A program made the translations under genes and the position numbers. A stretch of 64,000 nt of DNA from Aplysia californica (taxonomy: Eukaryota): the NCBI RefSeq assembly GCF_000002075.1, contig NW_004797449.1:408025-472024 (forward strand), read 5' to 3'. This document shows positions 50,164-62,100 of the stretch, in pieces (position 1 is the first letter of the stretch; each line of letters starts with the position of its first letter). The notes beneath the pieces are model-generated. The model was not told the DNA's origin, searched no databases, and saw nothing but the letters and a program-made list of their open reading frames with translations.

Positions 50164-53100
50164 CACGTATGTGCATGTGTTTGCAATGCACGTGCATGTG
50201 CTCATCAATGAGACAACAAGTAGCAAACTCACATCCTGCGGACCACCATCTCCCATGTATACCGTCCAGCTGCCAGAGGCGTTGTTGTTCACCGTGTACC
50301 GGCAGATACCTGCACCATCGCGAACAAGAGGGAAAGAAATAGTTTTAGTTAAACGTTTAACAGTACTTGAAAGCAACACAAAAAGACCATAAAAATGCCG
50401 AAGACTACAGCTGTTACTTGATATTATCATTCAAAGAAACAATTGTTTATTAGTTTTAGTAAGAGTTTAACAGCACTTGCAACTTAAATAGGTCATATTA
50501 GTACCAAAGAATATACCTGTTACTACTAGACAGTAACTTACCAAAAAAAAAGGAGCAGGAGAGATAAGGACAATAGATGTTTGATAGAAAAGAAGGAGTG
50601 AACCATAACACAGCACTCACAAACCACCAACAAAATAACAAACTGCAATAACTGGCAAACACTTTCAAAAGCATTATCAAATCCCCTCACTCAAAAGATT
50701 TTAGAAAACTTTAAAAAACCAGAAGTAAATATACAATTGAACCGTAATTCTTCAAACTCTTACAAGACAACAAATTTAGAACAACTCAGGTTTTCCCAGT
50801 CAGAAAGGACTCAGGAACTGGTGACAGCAGTAGCGGCAAAATTGATGAAAAATCTTTCTCACTATCAATTCTGATAAAAAGATTTTAAAAATGTTTCAAA
50901 TGTAGGTGTTTTTACGACACAATTTATTAGATCATTTAGGAGGCAGGTTTTCGATCCTGCCTGTCAGGGCTAACCTAGGCTGAGAGGGTTACCAGAAGAA
51001 AGAAAGAGCGACATACTTGATAAAACTTCTCCCCACTTGAGGAAACAAATCAAACTCGGGTCTCCTGTGTGCAACTGCGAAGCATCTAACCTCTACACCA
51101 TACATCGGTATACTTGATAATAACTGATAACACAAACGTTTCCATACCAGGTAAGATCTGATGAGAGAAAAGTTTCCACACTAGCGAAGAAATGATGAAA
51201 GAAAAGTTTCCATACTAGCTACAAACTGATAAGTTACGTTTCTCACCTTCAGTCTCCAGGTAATGAACAAACTCCGGCAAGCCCTTTGGAATCCCTCGGA
51301 TTGTGTCGCAAGAATAGCCGTCCTCCGGCAGCAAAAAGGGAAGGTGAAGGTCAGGGTCTTCCTCCAGTCGCACTTCCCGCCCGTCAGTGCGAGTGAGCTC
51401 ATCCGCCATGTTTTCTGCGATGGACACAACACGCTCGATGAACGTGTCCGACACGTGTGGTTCCCCAGGCTCTGGTAAGTAACGCGTCAACAGTGCACGC
51501 AGCTGCATGGAGTTGAGCTTGAAGCAGGTGGAGCTGATGTTGGTGATGTCGTCAGCGCTCGACTTGGGCGCTTGCAGGAGGTGAGCAGCCTGGGGATAAC
51601 ATAAGAATAATGATACTAATTAAAATAACAATAATCAGACATGACATGCAACCAGTATGATACAAAACAAGTGACACACACAGACTTACACCCAATTGTA
51701 CGATACGACGCAAGTGACACAAACATGACACGCAACCACAAGTATGATACAACAAAAGTGACACAAAAACGATACACCCCACTGATATGACACGACACAA
51801 GTGGCACAGACATGACACACATCCATCTGTATGATATGACACAGACATGACACAAACCCACCTGTATGATATGACACAAACCCACCTGTATGATGCGACA
51901 CAAACCCACCTGTATGATATGACACAAACCCACCTGTATGATACGACAAAAACATGACACACACCCACCTGTATGATGCGACACAAATGACAATCCGCGG
52001 CCAGCTCCAGCCCCTGCTTTTCCGCCCAGGCCTCCACGCTGCCCAGCCGGCTCTTCAGCCGGACGCCCCAGGGCCGCGTGCACAGCTGCAGCTGGGGCTC
52101 GGTGACCAGGATGTTGAACAGCCACATGTTGATGAAGTGGAACAGCTGGGAGAACAGCTGGATGGTCAGCGCGGCGTTGACGCGGCAACGACGCAGCAGT
52201 GTCATGGCCGCCGATAGCGTGTTGAGCACGTCGTTCAGGGTGGGGCGACCCATGTTGTAGCGCTGGCCCATCTCTGGAAGGGAGGAGAGGAATAAATGGA
52301 ATGAACGAATTAACTAAAATAGGAATATATAAATGAAAGATGGAACAAAAGAAGGAATAAATATATGAACAAATGAACAAAAGAAAGTACATGTGAAAGA
52401 ATGAATGAACAAACCAAAGAATAAATGAAGGAACGAATGAATGAACAAAGGATAGAATACAAATACATTAACAAATGAATGCTTAAAAAAACAAATATAT
52501 TAACCATTTCCAACCCACCATCATTATCAGCTGTGGATCCCAAAAATACCAATACAACCCTCTGCAAGTCTCCCCTCAAGACTAAGACTATAATCCCCAA
52601 ACGCCCCTCTTCTTCCAATAAAAGCGCATGCATGTACTCAAAGCCCTTCCAACCCACCTTCACTAATATCGTTATCGTCTGCGAGGTCCATAAACAGAAA
52701 GGACAACCCCCACCCCACCTCCCTCTCCTTCCTGAAATAAAATCTACTGCAAGCCCTTCCAACCCACTATTATTAACATTGTCTGTGGAGTCCATAAAAG
52801 CAGCACGGACAACCACTTCCCTTCCACTACCACCCACCATTACCCTCCCTCTCCCCTTCATATATAACCCATCCAACCCACCATCATTGACATTATCGTC
52901 GGTGGGATCCAAAAACGCCGACATGACACGCTGCAAGTCCCCCTGAAGGCATCGAACCAGGTGGTGGAAGGCCATCTGGACGGCCTCGGCCAGCATCTCC
53001 TGGGACTCAGAGCTGCAGGGGTGAAGGTCGCGGTCTTGTTTCACCATGTGCAAGATCTCCGAAGAGTTGGCCATCCAGAAAGCCAGGGACGGGGGGTCAT

Positions 53101-56100
53101 TGTGTTGATCCTGTAAACATACAGTACAATTGCATTGCAGTTTGTTGTTTTTTTTACGATTTTTGTTTTGTTTTGTAAAGAAGTTACAGCACTTGCAACA
53201 CAAATACGATTAGAAAAGATGAGATAAATCTTTATTGTCTAGATGCTGACACAATGATTTAGCGTTTCATCATGCACCCACACAGGTATGCACATATAAC
53301 CATACGCACCCCCTTTTACACATCCTCTCTTCCACAAACATCTGCACACAAACACAAGTGAGTGCCAAAGATTAAAGGTGTTACTTGAAAGTAACATACA
53401 TAGAGCAGAAGGAGGAGAGATGTGAGCAACAGATGTTTCATAAGAAAGAAGGAGCAAACTGCAACAGAGCACTTGCCAACCAAACACCATCAATTCCATC
53501 CACCAAGTAAAATCCAGTAGAGATTCACAGTAAAAACAGACTCTTATTTTTCCTTGCAGCAACATAAACGGCACATCATTTTTAAAATCACTGAGACTTT
53601 CAAGAAAAACAAGCAACCAAAAGGTTAGGATTATAAAAAAATAAAAACAAATAAAGACTATCAACCACGAAGACACAGCTATGCAAAGGCTATAGAATAA
53701 ACAATTCACAAGGAAAGAAGGATAAAAAAAAGCAAAACCAGCATTTGAAACTTGTCATATTGTAGCATATGATCTAGGCTGGCCACACACAATTGTGATT
53801 TCCTCTATCAACTCTTCTATTCTCAGAAACATCAATCTTAACTTGAACTTTATGAACATCAGTTCCAAAATTGTCAGCATTTTTAGGAGACCCACGTTCA
53901 ATTCCCGAGTGGGGAGAATTTTTGTCGAGTATCTCAGTCTTTCTGCTGGGATACTGTATCTTCTCTGTTTAGGTTGGCCCTGACAGGCAGGGTCAGAATC
54001 CCGTCTCCTGTATGATCTTAATTGTGTAGATGTGAAAAACAGCTACATTTAAGACTTTTTTCACTTACCTGTATCGCCTGTTGGGTCAGTTTGGCAGTGC
54101 GGCTGACGAAATCGGCTACTATCTGTGGCCGGTGGGCCATGGGAGAGCCAGCAGCCAGGAGGTGGCGTGCCGCCAGGTACAGTGTGTAGGTCGGAGCCAG
54201 TTTGAACTGTAGCTGTTTGCTGTTCACCTCCAAGATAGACGCCTGCAGAAGACGACTTTCCGCTGCAGGAAACCAAATAACAAAAATTTGTTTTAAGCAT
54301 TTTTTAAAAAATTAAAAATGTGTAGATATCTAAATACAATTCAGAAATGTACTGTCAAACTGCGAGTGGTTGGTGGGTGCTCCGGTGTGTTTTGCTCCTT
54401 GTTTCCTTTCAATTATCCATGGTCTTTATCTTTCCTCCTTTTCTTTGTTTATAACTCTCAGTAACACCTTTAATATTCAGCACTTATATGTCCAATTTGT
54501 GTTGTAAGCCAAGTTCTATAAAACTCTTGCAAAAACTAATCTAAACTAAGCGAGCATGACTTATCCACCCTAATTGTAATGTTGAAACTTTTCAAGGCGG
54601 CCACTCATTATTGAGGGAAAAATGGTTGTCTGAAATAGATGTACATCTTGATTTAACAGTGTCATTACAATATACAAATAACATAGTGGGATGTAGTCTT
54701 TAGTACTATCGATTCATCCAATTTTTTAAACAAATTGACACATTTGTGTGTTAGCCAGTCACATCACAAGAGTGAGGACATAGGTGTGTACTCACATTCC
54801 ATGAAGAACTCCACAGAGGCAGGTAGGAGATTGTCTGGGGACGACATAGCCTGCGGGGAAGTGGGAGACCGGTCGGGGACACCCCTGGTACAGGGACAAG
54901 GGGAAAACTAAGTATGAATCTTGATAAAAGCAAAAAAACACATCTGTCTATTGAAAACACAAAGTAAAGATGATGATACAAGCAAAAAACATATCTGTCT
55001 ATTGGAAAAACAAAGTACAGATGATGGGACAAGCAACAGCCACACGTATCTATTGAAAATACAAAGTCGGGAAGATGATACAAGCCAAAAAAGACATCTG
55101 ACAATTATAAAAAATAAAGTAAGGATGATGACACAGGCAAAAAAAGACACATCTGACTGTTTTTAAAAATAAAGTAAGGATGATGATGATACAAGCAAAA
55201 AACTCATCCGTCCATACAAAAAACAAAAAACAAAGTAGGGATGATAATACAAGCAAAATACTGGAGTATTGGCACAGCCTTAGCACTCACCTTCCCTGCT
55301 GGCCATCGTACTGCATAGAGCCGTCCCCAGGCGAAGGTCCCCGCACAGTCTCGATGTGTCCATCCACGTCAAAGTTGGTCTCCTGAGGCTGGCCGCGCAC
55401 GCCGGGTTTGTTGGGAAGCTGGTATGGCTGGTTCTGCATGGAAGGCTGGGGTGGGGAAGGGGGCGAATAAATTTTTTAATGTAGGTGTTTTTAAGGAGGG
55501 AAGATAAAGATGACAGATGTTTGATAGAAAGAAGAAGGAGAGATAAGGTTATATAAATATGTTTGATCGAAAAGAGGGGTAAATAAATAAAATAAGAGTA
55601 TTTTTAAAAGTTTGTTAAGTACAGTCTGTTTTACGCCCCCATCGACACAATTCAGATCATTTGGGTGGTTGGCTTTTGACCCTGTCTCTCACAGCCAATC
55701 CGGGCAGAAAGGGATAAAAAAAAATTCAACAAAAAGACAGAGATACTCAATATAAGTTTCTCTCCACTCAAGACTCATAGGATCAAACTTGGGTATCCTG
55801 CAACATGCAACACTAAAACACCCCCGCAAGACACTACATTTATGTTGTTTGGTAAAAGTTCTACAGCGCTGATTACTGCATAAGGCCATATGATCGTGCG
55901 GGACAAGTTACCACATCAGCCAGCCGGCCTCACCTGTTCGAAACGAGGGTCAAGGAACCGGTAGACGTGGTCCTTGCCAAACTGGACCATCATGCCGTGC
56001 TTTAGCATGGTGGTCTGGTCAATGCGCTGCCTCTCCACGTAGGTCTCGGCGTCATGGCTGTTGGGGGTCACAGTCACGATGCCTTCCGTGTGGGCGATGA

Positions 56101-59100
56101 CGCCGTGCCGGGGACGGATGTCTGGGCCAGACAGCTGAAGGGAGACACGGAAATAAGATAGGTGATTTTACTTTAAATGGACACGGAGGTGAAACATATT
56201 CCATTAGATTACTACTGTCAGAATACCGGTTCTGTGTCTAGCTTTAGCAATATAATTGTCAACAAAAACNNNNNNNNNNNNNNNNNNNNNNNNNNNNNNN
56301 NNNNNNNNNNNNNNNNNNNNNNNNNNNNNNNNNNNNNNNNNNNNNNNNNNNNNNNNNNNNNNNNNNNNNNNNNNNNNNNNNNNNNNNNNNNNNNNNNNNN
56401 NNNNNNNNNNNNNNNNNNNNNNNNNNNNNNNNNNNNNNNNNNNNNNNNNNNNNNNNNNNNNNNNNNNNNNNNNNNNNNNNNNNNNNNNNNNNNNNNNNNN
56501 NNNNNNNNNNNNNNNNNNNNNNNNNNNNNNNNNNNNNNNNNNNNNNNNNNNNNNNNNNNNNNNNNNNNNNNNNNNNNNNNNNNNNNNNNNNNNNNNNNNN
56601 NNNNNNNNNNNNNNNNNNNNNNNNNNNNNNNNNNNNNNNNNTTGACCCAACTACAGCCTACTAAACCAGGCTACTGTTATGACTGACCTGCAAGAAGTGT
56701 TTCCCTGTGTAGTCGGTCCTGTTGTTGGCCACTTCCTTGACATTGACCACTTCGGTCACGTTGAGGGGCAGCACGTGTTTCTTGGGTTTGCCTGCTCACA
56801 GACACAGGACACAAAACATATTAGTTTTTGTTTCAGTAAGAGTTTTACAGCTCTTGCAACACAATTAGGTCACATAAGGGCTGAAGATTAAGGGGTGTTA
56901 CTTGAGAGTAACATACAAAGGAAAGCAGGAGGAGAGATAAAGACAACAGATGTTTGATTGGAAAGAAAAAGCAGAGAAATTATCATGTTTTAGTAAAAAT
57001 TCTACAGCACTTGCAACACACATAGGTCATGTAAGTGCTGAAGATTAGATGTTACAACAAAAAAAAGGAAAAAGGCGAGACGAGGATGATAGATGTTTGA
57101 CAGGGAAGAAATAGCAAACCGTACTAGAGCACCTGCCAACTACGCATAATAGGCAGATGAAAGTGAGCACAAATCAGTATCTGTTCTTTGGTCCTTACAA
57201 AAATAAGTGACACAGACTGGTCACTTTAGTGTTGTCAGAATAAAGAGAAACAAATCCATACCAAATGACCATTTAAGACAAAGACAAAGGGGGGAGGGGG
57301 GAAACCAGCAAGATAGACTGACAGAAACAATAGAGGGAAAGAAATTGCAGGACCTAAAAGTGGCACCCTCCATCCATCCACCCACACATCTAAGATATGC
57401 TGGGAAATGATTTACTTCCCACAATCCTTAAATAGAGATTTCAATAAAAAAAATCAATGCATGGGTTACATTTTTAGATTTTCAACTTCATTTTCTTCAG
57501 GTTTAACATATCCTTTTCATTTCACTCTAAGAAATTATAAAACCTCAGCCTATAAATTTGATATATTTAAGTTAATATGGCTAAAATCTGAGAAGAAACT
57601 CATTTTGTCACCACGCCTCACATTACTGTCTATTGCAATACCACAAAAACAACAACAAAAATCAGATAGTTAAGCCAAGTCTAAAGTGATGTTCCCAGCA
57701 TGACAAAAACAATAATAAAAACATAGAGAAAAGGGTATGTCTCACTCTACGGTGGAATTAGGCATTCGTCAATTTTTAGGTATACAGAGTCATTGGTATC
57801 AAAGCTTATTCATTTGTCTGGCTTTTGATGAAAAAAACCCATCTATCTTGAATAAAATTGAATATATGTGTGTGTGCCTGGTGAAAGGGACCACATGTCG
57901 CATTTTCTCAAACCGAGATATCAGGCTTCAAAGTCAAAAATAGAATTTTTGACAAAATTTAAGTTCCATTAAAAATGGATTCTTCAGCCATTTATTTATT
58001 GATATTTACAAGGATTTGGGTTATTTTGACTTTAAAATACATTTTAAAAGGTGTCTGTTAACCCGAGATATATTGCATAATCCCAAAAAATGCGTGAGGA
58101 AACTGGCTTTCAGGGTAAACACTGCGGATGGTTTCTCTTGTCCATTCATAAAGTCGACCCAATCACATTGCATACTAAAAATTTAGGTCATTCTCTCTGC
58201 TCTCCAATGGCAGGTAGTGCGCATGAATATCTAGAACATGTAAACAAAGCGAAACTTTGCGCACCCATACCCTTTTGTTTCTTTGGAGAGCAAACTTGTA
58301 TCGCCTATTTCTGCCCTGTGCGAACCGTATTTCTTGAAATTCCTGTTCAATGTGGTGGTGAATTTGTTTTGAAGACGTAATATAAACACTTTGAAGCTGT
58401 TCTTTTATTGTAAAGCTGCTTTTTAAAGTTGGTTTGTGAGAAGCGACTGTGTTGTCAGGTCGTCTCGAAGCACAACAACACGGCGGAGCTGCCAGCTGTA
58501 ACAGTACTACCGGTACTGTTAGATTAGTAGTAGATCTTGTACTATTCGTGAGCAGGAAATTGTGTCTCTTCTCAATACTCTTAGACGCATTGGAATGTCA
58601 GAATGGCAACTGAAGAAGACATTAGAGATGTAATATGCGATTATTTCGTTTCTGACGTCGATTTGGGAGAAGAGGAAGAAGATGAGTTCGATCTGTGGTG
58701 CCATCGCCAGTTCCAGACCCCGCACTTGAAGCAGAACCGAGCGAAGCAGGTAAAACAACAAAAACAACAGTGATAATAGAAATAGATTTATATTTAGCAA
58801 ACTAATAATTATTTATTATAATGAAAATTAATAGTAATAATTATCATAACGCTGTTCTTTCTTGATAAACCTAGATCTAGATCTAGAACTAAATCTAGAT
58901 CTAGTTTAGATCTAGCTTACTCATAGTAGTGCATTTTTGTTTTCTTAATTCTAAATGTATGCAAAACAAAATTTCATTTATTCCTTGGAGAGTCTGGGTT
59001 CTAAGATCTGGATATGTGGCAATCTTGTTAAGTGGGTAAGGAACAAAAAGTTTTCCTCTGACCCTGATGATTGATAGTGTTAGGTTCCCTAGTTACTGTG

Positions 59101-62100
59101 GTGAAGATACTTTTTTTGCCTGTGTGTGTTGCAGGAGATGAAGGGGGAGGAAGGGGGGTATCAAGTTTTTAAACAAAACAATAATAATTATGAACATGAT
59201 TTAACATTATATTTCAGCAACAGCAAAACCTTTTTACTAGAATGGTGACTTGTTATGAAAAAAGGGTGTTCTGTTTTTGTTTTTTCTGCAGAAACAGAGG
59301 TGAAACTTTAGAGCCGTTTTTCTCAAAACTTTGTTTCCGTACCCTGCCTTACAAAATCTCCCATATCTCAAAAACTACTGAAGATATCTTCAAAATTTAA
59401 AAAGCACATTGTTCAGAAATGAATTCTGTACCAGAAAATGCCAAAATACGGGATTTTTCAAAATGCGACATGTGGTCCCTTTCACCAGGCACACACACAT
59501 ATTTGGACTGAAAGAGGTGAGGGTCCTCTGATGTTAGAGGTAAAATTAGCCAGAAAATGGCTGCCAAAGTTTGGTGACTTCCTAAACATCCTTGGAAACT
59601 GCAAATTTACATTTTTTGAGCCTTTGATTAATATTTCTCTGAAAAATCTACACAAATATGTGTTTTTAAATGGACACAGAAGGTGCTGAGCCCAAACAAA
59701 TAAAAATTTTATTTAAAAATTGCCAGACAGGTGTAAAAATGTCCTGTTTTTTTAATTTTTCAAATTCACATTTTTGACATTTCACTGCAATGTCACACAC
59801 ATCATCTCCGTCCCAGCACTGACCTCTCACATTGACCTCTACCAGATAGGGCAGCATGTCCAGGTTTGTGTGCCTCTGGTCACTCTGGTGGTTGCGCAGA
59901 TCTTCATGTGACACGGCCCGCGGCCGCTTGCTGCGCTTCTTGTAGTCTGCTGATCGCTGGCGAAGCTGGAAGATGATGTGACCTGGACAAAACAAAACAA
60001 CAGGTTCTTACTTTTTCATGTCATGAGGAAAAGAAAAAAACAAAAGGATAAAATATACACAGCAGCTATAGACCTAGCTTGCTCACTTTGGTCTGTCTGC
60101 AGTTAAAACAAGATAAAAACAAATTGCTATTTAATCTTAACAGGTCTTTGCATATTTTCTTATGCCTTCTAAACTAAAAAACAGTTATTGTGAAAATGTT
60201 CTATAAAAATAAATAATTTACTTGTGCAAACTACTCAAAAGAACACGGGAACAGATGCAATTTATGTCCAGATACCACTACTATAGAACAATTCACAATA
60301 AAAATAAGAAATATGGCCTTTTCTCAAGCACAGAAGGAAATTCTTGATAAAGACACAAGTTACGTTTCATAGATTCCTACACTGCAATTTGACAGCAGCC
60401 TTGCACCACACAACATGACAGCCATCTGAAATGAACCTCTGACAAAAATACTGTCCCGTCTATGGGAATAGTGCCTCTTCTCTTCTTTTCTTTCTATCAT
60501 ATCGGCCATCTGACTAGCACAACAGCTCACTTGTAATGACATCGGCACATTCATAGACCAAAACCATAATTGAAGTCTGTATGACTCATAACTGTTTTCA
60601 ATTTGCAATTTCACAGACTTGTGATCATTGGACCATGACTGAATACAAAGTCCTTGAACAGGAACTGATTGCACAGCACTACCACCCAGGCGTTCGAACC
60701 ACACCAACCAATATAATTATGATCACAGTGAACAGTATCACAATAAAATATTGCATAAATGAAAATCAAACACCACAATACCAGAAACATACAAGCTTTA
60801 TAAATGCATAAAAAAAAGTTTAAATAAAACCGTCAGCCTTTATGAAAGAAAGCTCATGCAATTGTCAGGTCCAAAATAGGAACAAATTTAGTCATTCAAA
60901 TGTTTTCATTTCGCACTAGGGGCAGTAAGTAACAAAGAGTCAACAGTTGTACAAGATATTTCATGAGCAAGCTGCTAAAATGCTCTACACCCAGAAAGCA
61001 ACATTTCTCACGACAGAGAAAAAAAAAGTTTCATTCTTTTAACAATTGTGCTTAAATTATGCACATTTTCTTGCTTTTTCCCCCCAACATTTAGAATTTG
61101 AATTTTGACAAAATATATTCTGGAGCACATGCAACCGATACCACAGATTAAGAAACAGCAACAAAAGAAATTTTCAAAACTTTGGGCTTAGTACATTTTA
61201 ACAGTTGTAACAGACATTTGTTTTTCTTTCACAAGCAGCTTCAGAGATTTGAACCATTCAGAAACTTGACAGTTAAAATTAAATGTAGGTTTTTTAGACT
61301 CCCATCAACACAATTTAGATTATTTACAAGAAAGGTTTCCAACCCTGTTGGTGAGCTGTTATTTTTCCAAGTTTTTAGCCATTTCCATTTTCGCGTAGAG
61401 TCAAACAGCTTCATGTGTCCCAATGATGCATTGCCCTGTTAACATTTCGCGAATAACTTGAATTTACAAAACTCTTTAAAAATCGCGACATCAAGTTGCA
61501 TGCGATAAAAATCTAGTTTACAGTACGTGGACAGTATTGTTTCTCAAAGGCTGCAAAAATGACTTGTGCGTGACTGCAATACTGCCAGCGAGTATCTCTC
61601 AATGTACAGTCAAACCTGTGTAAGACGGCCACCCATTGTCAAGGAGGAAAGTGGTCGTATAAGACAGGTGGCCGTCTTAGGCAGGACCGATCAAGATGAA
61701 GAAAACAAACAATTTCCATCTGAGGTCCCAATCGAAAGAAGCCGCATTGTTGTGGTCTTAATTGTCGTTGTTGTTGGTTTGTATTTTGTTTGTAATTTTT
61801 ATTTTGTTGCTGATTTTGCACGAGGGCGATAATAAAACGAAATGTGTCAGGCGAGGAAAACAAACACATGGGTCGCCACCACTCGGAGAACGAGGGACGC
61901 TTTTGTCACAAGTTCACGTCAATGTCCATTGTTACAGACTGGGTAAACAGTGACCACTCGTCTCACTTACGATTTGTGTAAGAGTTCTGGGCGGGGCTTA
62001 TGGGTTATGAGGGATCACACGCTTACCTCACCAGCAGCTGAAAATTGGTAGCTATTGGTCAACAGTGGGAGGGGCCTACGCAACTTGATCGGTTGGAGGG

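Noticed and set aside
56688-56791. Apparent frameshift in the FHA-entry exon
   Set aside because: Recounting gives 104 bp (2+102), in phase with both neighbours.
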